Origin: Methanomassiliicoccaceae archaeon
GTDB taxonomy: Archaea > Thermoplasmatota > Thermoplasmata > Methanomassiliicoccales > Methanomassiliicoccaceae
NCBI GenBank assembly: GCA_963728405.1
Contig: CAVSJV010000005.1
Location: 192,001-256,000 of the forward strand
Direction of reading: 5' to 3'
Length of the DNA: 64,000 nucleotides
Made by a program: the position numbers and the translations under genes
Notes under the pieces: model-generated
What the model was told of the DNA's origin: nothing
Databases searched by the model: none
Seen by the model: only the letters and a program-made list of their open reading frames with translations
Shown here: one piece after another, positions 52,871-61,168 of the stretch
Numbering within the stretch: the stretch's first letter is position 1
How the letters are laid out: each line of letters begins with the position of its first letter

Positions 52871-53260
52871 GTGCAGGACGCTAAATCAGTAGAAAATATC
52901 CTAGAGGAGATAATCCATGGGGAGTTCCCCCAGGGCAAGAACATCCAGAGCGTCTCCATCGTATCGAAGACGGGTCTGATGATTGCCGGTAAGGCAGCGT
53001 CCTCAGCTCGGGCCGAGACCTTTTCAGCCATGGCCGCCATTATGTTCTCAGCCGCCGAGGCGACCAAGAACGACATCTTCAAGGACAAGATCGACTACGT
53101 TCTCGCTGTTTTCCGCAACACCAAGCTCTTCATATCTGAGCTCTCGTCCAGCATGTTGATCGTCGCCACCGTGGACCGGGAGATCGACGATGGCAAGATC
53201 CTGGAAAGCATGGGCCGCATCGTCACCAAGACCAAGGAAGAACTGGTCTGGCTTCGGTAG
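52871..53260 (+). CDS. Roadblock/LC7 domain protein
   Basis: IQSVSIVSKTGLMIAG..ETFSAMAAIMFSAAE. Confidence 0.85.
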   Translation: MQDAKSVENILEEIIHGEFPQGKNIQSVSIVSKTGLMIAGKAASSARAETFSAMAAIMFSAAEATKNDIFKDKIDYVLAVFRNTKLFISELSSSMLIVATVDREIDDGKILESMGRIVTKTKEELVWLR

Positions 53261-53456
53261 AACCCTAAGAAAATAGTGGGCGTACCGCCCCCATCCTTTA
53301 TTTCAATCGTTATAATGGCTGAACAGTGGGCCTTCAGACGAGGGATTCTAAGTTCTGAATATTTAATTATTGAACGGACATGTTTTGATTATTTCCAGAT
53401 TGAATAAAAGGGGAAAATGGTTTCTGTCCTCAGAGGTCCGACTCCCACGCCAACAC

Positions 53457-54257
53457 CTACTCGCTCTTTCTCTTCTCGGACTTGCCCTTCTCCCTTTCGA
53501 TGATCAGTTCGGCGACCTTCTTTCCCGACAATAGCATGCCACCAAATATCGGACCCATGCGCGGTGAGCCCATCACAGCATTGCAGCACATCCCTGTAAC
53601 GTATAGGTTGGGGAACACTTCCATGGTGTTTTGCACCGTCATATTTTCCCCGACCTCGGCCCACATGCTCTTCTCTCCTTCTATCGAACCGGATGGTGTG
53701 GACAACCTTCCAGCCTTGCGCTGCACGATGTGGACGACCTCGGCCGGATGCCCCGTGCCATCTATTACGTATTTCGAACGGATCGCCAATGGGTCGACAT
53801 GCAGGCCAGCCACCTCGACAGCGCTAGAGTTGATGACCACGCCGTGCACCTCTTTCCCACGGATGATGACGTCCTCAACGGAGATGGTGTTGAACAATCT
53901 CGCACCAGCATCGATGGCAGATGCGATGAGCTTGGATGCAGCCTCTACAGAATCGGCGGTGTAGTACCCCTCGCCAGCGTCCGTCAGTTTCACCCCTATC
54001 TCCTCGAGGAGATGCTTGGATGCTTCCTGCACAACTATTACCGGAAAGGTCATCCCGCCACCCCACATCCCTCCGCCAGGCGTTAGTTTCCTCTCGAATA
54101 TCGTTACCTTTAGACCCGACTTAGCCAGGTATCTCGCCGCAGTGAGTGAGGCTGGCCCTGCTCCAGCGATCACAACATCAACATCCAGATTGTTCAGGAA
54201 TTCATCAGCGAATCGTTCAACGATCTTCCGGGTCACTTTGATCTCGTCTATTTCCAT
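53457..54257 (-). CDS. thi4: Thiazole synthase Thi4 (His-type, sulfide-dependent)
   Basis: GAGPAS, GGGMWGGG, GLHVDP, DGTGH, RMGPIFGGMLLSG. Confidence 0.93.
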   Translation of the reverse strand: MEIDEIKVTRKIVERFADEFLNNLDVDVVIAGAGPASLTAARYLAKSGLKVTIFERKLTPGGGMWGGGMTFPVIVVQEASKHLLEEIGVKLTDAGEGYYTADSVEAASKLIASAIDAGARLFNTISVEDVIIRGKEVHGVVINSSAVEVAGLHVDPLAIRSKYVIDGTGHPAEVVHIVQRKAGRLSTPSGSIEGEKSMWAEVGENMTVQNTMEVFPNLYVTGMCCNAVMGSPRMGPIFGGMLLSGKKVAELIIEREKGKSEKRKSE

Positions 54258-54348
54258 CGTTGTCCCCTCAATCTCTGGAAAACCATGGGCAGCCCTGGCC
54301 GGAGCACGCCTTCAATAGCACCAGTACCTCTATGTGATGAGGGATGGC

Positions 54349-54999
54349 TTATTCAACTTTAACCCCATCTTTCTTAGCCCGAACAATCAATGATCTTAAG
54401 GACCTAGCCGCCAAAGCAATATCGGGTTGGCTAACCACTGCTGAAATGACCGCGATGCCATCGGCCCCCGCCATTATGACATCATTGATGTCACTCGCCC
54501 CGATCCCCCCAATTGCGACGAGCGGAATGGAGACTGCTGCCCTCATATCGCGGAGGGAATCTAGTCCCACTCCCGGCCCAGCATCGTTCTTTGAGGATGT
54601 AGGGAAGATGGGGCCTAAGGCCACATAATCCGCGCCGAAGCCCTCTGCCCGGATCGCTTCTTCGATATTCGACACGGAAACGCCGATGATAAAATCCCTT
54701 GGAGCCAACATCCGCGCAGCTGACAACGGTATGTCGTCCTGCCCCAGATGCACACCATCTGCTTTACTGGCTAAAGCCACATCCATCCTGTCGTTTACGA
54801 TGAACATTGTTTCTGTACTACTGGTGATCGATCTGATCTTAATGGCGACATCATAAAGGTCCTTGGCCGAAAGCTCTTTGTCACGGAGCTGGACGACATC
54901 AGCTCCCCCACTCACGGCCTTTCTTGCGATTTCATCATGTCTTAGGCCGTGTGATAGTTTCTCATCTGTGATGACATATAGATCATACCTTTTGCTCAC
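54349..54999 (-). CDS. thiE: Thiamine-phosphate synthase
   Basis: LYVITD, QLRDK, IVNDR, GVHLGQDD, PTSSK, AIGGI. Confidence 0.95.
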   Translation of the reverse strand: MSKRYDLYVITDEKLSHGLRHDEIARKAVSGGADVVQLRDKELSAKDLYDVAIKIRSITSSTETMFIVNDRMDVALASKADGVHLGQDDIPLSAARMLAPRDFIIGVSVSNIEEAIRAEGFGADYVALGPIFPTSSKNDAGPGVGLDSLRDMRAAVSIPLVAIGGIGASDINDVIMAGADGIAVISAVVSQPDIALAARSLRSLIVRAKKDGVKVE

Positions 55000-55072
55000 G
55001 GGTTCATCACCTTGCTTGCTCGCGCTCCCCGTTCAATAGATTATAATGCCCTATCGAGACACGCCGGCCTGT

Positions 55073-55528
55073 TCAGACCAGGCGGTCGGCGAAGTCTTCC
55101 TGGATGCGGTCACAGTACAAGCAGCGTAGCACCACTGGCCTCTTGGACTCGACGACGAATTCGGGGTCCACCGGCTCGCACTTATTGGTGATGCAGTTGG
55201 GATTGCCGCACTTGACGATACCCCTGACGATGTCCGGCATCTTGACCTGGTACTTCTCGGCGACGTTGAAGTCCCGGATGATATTGATAGTGGCCTTGGG
55301 AGCAATGAGCGAGATCTTATCCACCTGCTGGGGTTCAAGCTCGCGGTCCTCGACCTTTACAACGTCCTTCCAACCATCTACTTTCGAGGGGACGTGCATG
55401 AGCACCGATACCGTCGATTGTACATCACCGGTGACGCCGATGATCCTGAGCACCTTGAGCGCCTGTCCACAGTCGATGTGGTCGATGACCGTCCCATTCC
55501 GGATGGGCGTGACCCTGAAGTCCTTCAT
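55073..55528 (-). CDS. pyrI: Aspartate carbamoyltransferase regulatory chain
   Basis: NGTVIDHI, CGNPNCIT, CLYC. Confidence 0.96.
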   Translation of the reverse strand: MKDFRVTPIRNGTVIDHIDCGQALKVLRIIGVTGDVQSTVSVLMHVPSKVDGWKDVVKVEDRELEPQQVDKISLIAPKATINIIRDFNVAEKYQVKMPDIVRGIVKCGNPNCITNKCEPVDPEFVVESKRPVVLRCLYCDRIQEDFADRLV

Positions 55529-56457
55529 TAGAGCTCGCCTCCTAGCACTAGATTGAGCAGGGCCATTCTCACCGGCACTCCGTTGAAGGCCTGTTGGAAG
55601 TATTTGGCGTTCTCAGTATAGTCCACTTCTGGGGCGATCTCGTCGACCCGGGGCAGAGGGTGCATGATGACCAGGTCCTTTTTGGCCTCTCTCAGCAGAA
55701 CATTGTCCACACGGTAGCAGCCCGCCACCTTCAGGTATTCGGACGGATCGGGAAACCTCTCCCTCTGGATCCTGGTGACATAGAGGACGTCGGCATCAGC
55801 GATGACATCTTCAAGCTTGGAACAGAGCCGTGCCTTCACACCCTCCTTCTCGAGATGCTTGGCAGTTTCCTTCGGCATCTGAAGCAGGGGCGGGGCAACG
55901 AAGGTCAGGTCCGCTCCGAACATGGCCAGCGCTTCAGCGAGCGAGTGCGCCGTCCGCCCATATTTCAGATCGCCCACCAGGACGACCTTCTTGCCGGCGA
56001 TGCTCCCGGTCTGCTGCTTGATTGTGAACAGGTCCAGTAAAGTTTGGGTTGGATGTTGACCTGCCCCATCCCCGGCGTTGATGACTGGCTTGGATGAGAA
56101 ATGGGCCGCCAGACGGGCCGCTCCCTCATGGGGGTGCCGCAGCACGATGGCATCCGAGTAGCCTTCCACCATGCGGATGGTATCGGCCAGCGTCTCTCCC
56201 TTGACGGTCGAGGAGCTCTCTGGCGTAGCGATCTCGATGTACTTGCCGCCCGCTCTGACCACGGCGCTCTCGAATGAGAGCCGGGTCCTAGTGGACGGTT
56301 CGAAGAACAGATTGGCCAAGACCTTCCCTTCCAGGGCCTTGGTCAGTTTCTCCCCTCTAGCGTAGGGGATCATCTTCTGAGCGAGGTCAAGGATCTGTTC
56401 GATCTGCTCCCTGGTCAGGTCACGAACGGAAACGACATCCATCCCTTTGAACGTCAT
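55528..56457 (-). CDS. pyrB: Aspartate carbamoyltransferase catalytic chain
   Basis: FFEPSTRT, HPTQTLLD, GDLKYGRT, HPLPR. Confidence 0.97.
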   Translation of the reverse strand: MTFKGMDVVSVRDLTREQIEQILDLAQKMIPYARGEKLTKALEGKVLANLFFEPSTRTRLSFESAVVRAGGKYIEIATPESSSTVKGETLADTIRMVEGYSDAIVLRHPHEGAARLAAHFSSKPVINAGDGAGQHPTQTLLDLFTIKQQTGSIAGKKVVLVGDLKYGRTAHSLAEALAMFGADLTFVAPPLLQMPKETAKHLEKEGVKARLCSKLEDVIADADVLYVTRIQRERFPDPSEYLKVAGCYRVDNVLLREAKKDLVIMHPLPRVDEIAPEVDYTENAKYFQQAFNGVPVRMALLNLVLGGEL

Positions 56458-56529
56458 GGCGGTCGATTGAGAATGGCCGATGGGGGTAATAATAGCTATT
56501 TCAACATATTGGGGGGCTAGACCCCATAA

Positions 56530-56892
56530 CTAGAAAAGATGCTCATCGAAGTGGGCTAGCGCATCCTGCATCCTTCTGTTCCATTCTTCGACACAGTGCT
56601 GCATCTTCATCTTGAGTATATCTTTGCTGACGGCACTGTACACATGGTAATAGCCACCTTTCTCCAGGCTCCTCGTCTCCCGATAGCACATCCCGCAACT
56701 GATCAGCTTCTGAAGTGCACGATATACGGTCGATCGCTCCTTGCCGATCTTGTCGGCCAGGTCATCAGCCCGCAAAGGGCCTAACGCGGAAGCGGCCCGG
56801 AACACCTCGATCTCGAAATCATTGAGGTTGAATGCGCACTGGACAATATCTTTGCATGAAGATATTTCCGTTATAGATTTCTGAGGGGGCAC
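56530..56892 (-). CDS. TrmB-like HTH regulator (COG3355 type) with Cys residues
   Basis: CKDIVQCAFNL..ERSTVYRALQKL..GGYYHVY; divergent from tusA. Confidence 0.85.
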   Translation of the reverse strand: MPPQKSITEISSCKDIVQCAFNLNDFEIEVFRAASALGPLRADDLADKIGKERSTVYRALQKLISCGMCYRETRSLEKGGYYHVYSAVSKDILKMKMQHCVEEWNRRMQDALAHFDEHLF

Positions 56893-56947
56893 CTATTATT
56901 ACCTTCCTTATGCCGTAACTTTCTTGGAAAAGTCTTATAAAGTGACG

Positions 56948-56982
56948 GTTATATATAGTTAGTGCAAAACCGTGCAAAACCG
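56948..56982 (+). promoter_or_regulatory. TATA box followed by tandem direct repeat GTGCAAAACC x2 (putative operator)
   Basis: TTATATATA at about 56949-56957; GTGCAAAACCGTGCAAAACC at 56962-56981, just upstream of the tusA ATG. Confidence 0.5.
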
Positions 56983-56997
56983 ATAGGATGTGAACAT

Positions 56998-57222
56998 ATG
57001 GTAGAGATACTGGATGCCAAAGGATTGATGTGCCCGATGCCCATCGTACAGCTGGCGAAGAAGATCAAGACCATGAAGGTCGGGGACGAACTTGAGCTCA
57101 TCTCGGATGATGTCGGTTCCAAAGAAGATGTGCCGGCGTGGTGCCAGAGGACCGGTAACCAGCTGGTCGAACAGAAGGAAGCGGGTGGCGTTTACACCTA
57201 CCGTATCAAAAAGCTGAAGTGA
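56998..57222 (+). CDS. tusA: Sulfur carrier protein TusA/SirA
   Basis: LDAKGLMCPMPIV, DDVGSKEDVPAW. Confidence 0.92.
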   Translation: MVEILDAKGLMCPMPIVQLAKKIKTMKVGDELELISDDVGSKEDVPAWCQRTGNQLVEQKEAGGVYTYRIKKLK

Positions 57223-57590
57223 GCGACATCATGGACAAGCAGTCGCTGATCACGACCCATGCGACGGACGATGCAGGGCGGTCCACCCTTCCGTTCGTTC
57301 CCGGAACGATGGCCATTGTCTCGGACATGGAACCGACCACACCGTTGCAGATGGAAGGGGCGTGGCTGGCCAGGGATGATCAGGCCCAGCTTGTCCGGGG
57401 CTCCGCGTTCCCGCCCCCTGTGGGCCTCACGAGCAGGTCTCTGGTGAGCAGAGGACGAGATCCTGGTCTGCGGACCCAGCGCCAAGAGGAGAGGACTGAA
57501 GCAAGGGGACCTGGTGGACGGCGTGACCATAGTCAGCGCCCCGACCATGATCAAGGAGACCGGGAAATCCGGTCAGTAATCACATATTGA
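57219..57590 (+). pseudogene. DsrE-family (COG2044-like) protein, frameshifted near 57440
   Basis: THATDDAGRSTLPF..LQMEGAWLA in one frame; EILVCGPSAKRRGLKQGDLVDGVTIVSAP in another. Confidence 0.7.
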
Positions 57591-57612
57591 AGATCACTAC
57601 GGAGGCAATCAT

Positions 57613-58023
57613 ATGGCAGATACAAAGAAATTGGCGATAGTGGTATCAGAAGGAACGTTCGACAAGGGCATGGAGGCGATGATCATCGCCAACACCGCGG
57701 CGAGCATGGGAATGGAAGTACATGTGTTCTACACCTTCTTCGGTCTGAGCCTGTTGAAGAAAGGAGTGAAGCCGAAGCTGCCTGGTATGTATCGCCTGTT
57801 CACCGGCATGTTCGTTAAGCGGATGGCCAAGGGCGGCATAACGGACTACAATGACCAGATACAGACGGCCATCGATCTGGGCGTGAACCTATACGCCTGC
57901 AGCACGACCATGACCTTGATGAACGTCACCAAGGAGAAGATGGTGGACGGGGTCAAGGTGCTCGGAGCTGCAGGCTTCCTCAACATCGCCGCGGACACTG
58001 ACATGCAGTACTTCATCGGCTGA
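57613..58023 (+). CDS. DsrE2 (DrsE_2) family sulfur relay protein
   Basis: ANTAASMG..VFYTFFGL, LYACSTTM, GAAGFL. Confidence 0.88.
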   Translation: MADTKKLAIVVSEGTFDKGMEAMIIANTAASMGMEVHVFYTFFGLSLLKKGVKPKLPGMYRLFTGMFVKRMAKGGITDYNDQIQTAIDLGVNLYACSTTMTLMNVTKEKMVDGVKVLGAAGFLNIAADTDMQYFIG

Positions 58024-58033
58024 AGGTGAGCGT

Positions 58034-58336
58034 TTGTCTTCTACGCTATTCATTCTAATGAAGGCGCCCCATGAGTACCACGACCTTGACGCCGTGGCCG
58101 CCCTGGGTGGTGAGGACAAGATTGGCATCCTCCTGTTCGAGGACGCGACCCTTTACCCCGTTTACAAGGACAAGCGGGATGAGATCCTCGACGTTGCTGA
58201 CGATATCTACGTCATGGGCGACGACCTGGAAGCCCGGGGCTTCAAGGGGCGGGCCGGACGTGGGTTCAAGGTGATAGATTACTCTAGGGCGGTCGACCTT
58301 ATCATGGAGGAGTACGACCAGACCATCACACTGTGA
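58034..58336 (+). CDS. DsrH/TusB-like protein
   Basis: ILLFEDA, YVMGDDLEARG, IDY..VDL. Confidence 0.82.
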   Translation: MSSTLFILMKAPHEYHDLDAVAALGGEDKIGILLFEDATLYPVYKDKRDEILDVADDIYVMGDDLEARGFKGRAGRGFKVIDYSRAVDLIMEEYDQTITL

Positions 58337-58345
58337 GGTGGAACA

Positions 58346-58702
58346 ATGGCAACATTATGCATTCAGTTGAGGACCGGCACCATGATGAACATGGATTCCA
58401 ACGTCGCCGTCAAGCTCGCCAAGGCGGCCATAGATAAGGGTCACAAGGTCAAGATATTCGGTTACGGCGAAGGCGTGTTCCTGATCAAGAGCGGGCAGGA
58501 CCCCAAGCGCTTCCCCAACGTTGGGAAGCTAACCGAAGAACTGGTCGAGCAGGGGCTGGAAGCCGTCGTGTGCGAGACCTGTTGCGCTGCCCGGGGCATG
58601 CACCGGGGCGAGGAGATCAAGGGAACGAAGATCGGCAGCATCACCAACGACTTCTCCCGGATGGCGTCCGAATCGGATCGTCTGGTAACGATCGCGAGGT
58701 GA
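58346..58702 (+). CDS. DsrE/TusD-like protein
   Basis: AKAAIDKGHKV.IF.YGEGV, VCETCCAARG. Confidence 0.82.
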   Translation: MATLCIQLRTGTMMNMDSNVAVKLAKAAIDKGHKVKIFGYGEGVFLIKSGQDPKRFPNVGKLTEELVEQGLEAVVCETCCAARGMHRGEEIKGTKIGSITNDFSRMASESDRLVTIAR

Positions 58703-58706
58703 AAGA

Positions 58707-59066
58707 ATGGCCGATAGCTTGCTCGTATTGATCACCAAGGGGCCGTATGGTCTGGAAGAGGCGTTTGCCGGTGCCCGGCTAGCGCTGGGCGGGAAGGTCA
58801 GCGGGTTGATGGAGACCTCCAACATCCTGCTGATGGGCGATGGCACCTTGAACGCGCTGGCGGCCCAGAACAATGAGGCAGTGGGGATGCCCTCGAACCT
58901 GGCCGCCCTGCAGGATGTCATGGACCTCGAGGGGGAGGTCTACTGTGTCGAATCGGACCTGCGCCAGAGGGTCGGGGACATGGATGCCCTGGAAGGTGTG
59001 AAGATGGTGTCCTGGGCCGAGGCCAGGGATCTTGTCAAGAAGCACCAGCTGGTCAATACCTTCTGA
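58707..59066 (+). CDS. DsrF/TusC-like protein
   Basis: ITKGPYG.E.A..G, LMGDG, YCVESDLRQR. Confidence 0.8.
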   Translation: MADSLLVLITKGPYGLEEAFAGARLALGGKVSGLMETSNILLMGDGTLNALAAQNNEAVGMPSNLAALQDVMDLEGEVYCVESDLRQRVGDMDALEGVKMVSWAEARDLVKKHQLVNTF

Positions 59067-59123
59067 ACTTTCCCAAAAACTCCTTCCCCCATTGTTTTTT
59101 AAGGACAAGGCCAATCAACGTGC

Positions 59124-60848
59124 ATGCTCGATGTCACTGACCGCTCCGGACCGGCCCGCGCCGGACGATGGCTGACCGGACAGTCCAAGATCGATATTCC
59201 AAACATCATGTTCCACAATTCAGCGGTCTTCCCCGCTCCGTCGTACGCCGAGCTGACCATCGGAGGGCAGCCGAGGCTCTCTATTTCCCCACCTGGCAAG
59301 GAAGAGCTGGCTGGCTTCGAGCAGCACGTCATTCGCCCTCTTGATGTAGGCAGGGAAGAAGCAGTGGTCGAAGAAGGCACCAATGTGGTCGTCGTCCGTG
59401 GGAAACTGGACAAGAACATGACCGAGCGCTCAGAGGAAGTGTTCGTCCTGGGCAACGCCTTCGAGCTCCGGCGGGACGCCCGCGCTTTCGTTGATACAGT
59501 GGTCTCACTGCGTGAGGCCATCGGTTATGATCGCCTGATCTACGCCCCTGGCATCATGGAGCCGTCCAACCTCGCGCTGCTATCGTACCTGGGGGTGGAC
59601 CTGTTCGATTCTTCCTTACCACTGTACCAATCCACTCGGGGGAAGGTGCTGCTGACCGAGGGCTCTCTCGCGGCAGAGGACGCCTCTTGGCTGGTCACTG
59701 GTCCGGAGCAAACACAGGCTCATAATCTGGAGGCCGCCTGGAGGGAGCTGAAGCTGGTTCGCCATATGATCAGGGTCGGCCGGCTTCGAGAGCTGGTGGA
59801 GACCCGGGTCAACGCCAGCCCGTGGATGGTCGCCGCGCTGAGGCTCTTCGACCTCGAGCACTACGGCTTCCAGGAAAAACGAACCGCGGTCGTGGGTCCG
59901 CCGTTCTATTGCAACTCGAAAGCTTCGCTGTTCCGCCCGGACGTTTGGAGGTTCCGGCGCAGGATCATGGAGCGATGGGAGCCGGCGCCGCATAAGAAGG
60001 TGCTGTTGCTCATTCCCTGCTCGGCCAAGAAGCCTTACTACACCTCAAAGAGCCACCGGACCTTCGAGGAGGTCCTTTTGTCCGTTCCGAACTCCTGCGC
60101 GGTGCAGGAGCTGATCATCACCTCGCCGCTCGGCGCGGTCCCCCGGGAACTGGAACTATTCTATCCGGCATCGCAGTACGATATCCCGGTCACCGGCAAC
60201 TGGGACCGGGAGGAGGTGGCGATGATACAGCAGCTGGTCAAGCGGGCCGCCTCGTTCGGTTTTACCAAGATCATCTCTCACCTGGGGTCGGAGAGCGACT
60301 TCGTACGGGAAGCGGTCGACTGCGTTGACACCACCGAGGGTCAGGGTACCACCACGAACGAGGCGTTGGAGCGAATGAGGCATGAGCTCGTCTCGGCCTG
60401 CGCCTCGGTGGAGAAGGCGCCCCGGGCCGCCGACCGCGTGGAGTTCCTGCGTTCACAGGCTCGCTACCAGTTCGGAAAGGAAGGCGAAGCGCTCCTAGAT
60501 GGGTGCACGGTGGTCGGAAAGTATCCCTATCTGAAGTTCATGAAGGGCAACAGCCAGATCGGTATGCTAACTCCCGACCGGGGAATGCTCTCTCTTACCA
60601 TGGATGGGGGTAAGGTCCTTTTGGATCAGGGCATCCACACCGTGCAGATGGGCGACTTCGATCTGGGCGGTAACCTCTTTGCCGTGGGGGTCAGCGGGGC
60701 GGACGAACGGATAAGGGCCGGCGATGAGGTGGCCCTCATCCGAAAAGGCGACCTGGAGGGCGTAGGTGTGGCCGCCATGTCCGGAGCGGAGATGGTCGGC
60801 AGCAAGAGGGGCGAGGCGGTCCGGATCCGGCACAAACGGAAGCGATAG
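59124..60848 (+). CDS. arcS: Archaeosine synthase subunit alpha (ArcS/TgtA2) with PUA domain
   Basis: GVDLFD, LLIPCSAKKPY..SKSH, TSPLGAVPRELE, YDIPVTG, C-terminal PUA. Confidence 0.9.
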   Translation: MLDVTDRSGPARAGRWLTGQSKIDIPNIMFHNSAVFPAPSYAELTIGGQPRLSISPPGKEELAGFEQHVIRPLDVGREEAVVEEGTNVVVVRGKLDKNMTERSEEVFVLGNAFELRRDARAFVDTVVSLREAIGYDRLIYAPGIMEPSNLALLSYLGVDLFDSSLPLYQSTRGKVLLTEGSLAAEDASWLVTGPEQTQAHNLEAAWRELKLVRHMIRVGRLRELVETRVNASPWMVAALRLFDLEHYGFQEKRTAVVGPPFYCNSKASLFRPDVWRFRRRIMERWEPAPHKKVLLLIPCSAKKPYYTSKSHRTFEEVLLSVPNSCAVQELIITSPLGAVPRELELFYPASQYDIPVTGNWDREEVAMIQQLVKRAASFGFTKIISHLGSESDFVREAVDCVDTTEGQGTTTNEALERMRHELVSACASVEKAPRAADRVEFLRSQARYQFGKEGEALLDGCTVVGKYPYLKFMKGNSQIGMLTPDRGMLSLTMDGGKVLLDQGIHTVQMGDFDLGGNLFAVGVSGADERIRAGDEVALIRKGDLEGVGVAAMSGAEMVGSKRGEAVRIRHKRKR

Positions 60849-60960
60849 GGCACTTTCGGTCTTCGATATTGGCAGCCAGAGAGGGGCTTAACGTTGCGGT
60901 TTTCGGAGACCTCCCCCCGTTCGGCATATAAAAAGGGTCATCTATCACAGTATCAGTGAT

Positions 60961-61167
60961 GTGATGACGGACCCCAAGGAAGAGGAATGTAGCTGGGAGG
61001 AAGTCTACCGAGCTATGGGCGTCCGTTGTGACATCGAAGTAGATGTGTCATCCCTAGACGAGCGCGGGGTTTGCCCGACCCCCCTCGTCAACCCCTTTCC
61101 CTTTTCTAACCACCGCTCGGAACGGTGGATCGGACGCAACATCACGCCACTGGACGTCTTCGCTTAG
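60961..61167 (+). CDS. Small acidic hypothetical protein
   Basis: 68-aa ORF with TATAAAA upstream; no recognisable motif. Confidence 0.35.
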   Translation: MMTDPKEEECSWEEVYRAMGVRCDIEVDVSSLDERGVCPTPLVNPFPFSNHRSERWIGRNITPLDVFA

Positions 61168-61168
61168 A

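Noticed and set aside
52621-53341. 12/13-bp inverted repeat (TCGTCTGAGGGCC / GGCCTTCAGACGA) bracketing the roadblock gene
   Set aside because: Short, no target-site duplication or recombinase nearby; compatible with chance in 64 kb.
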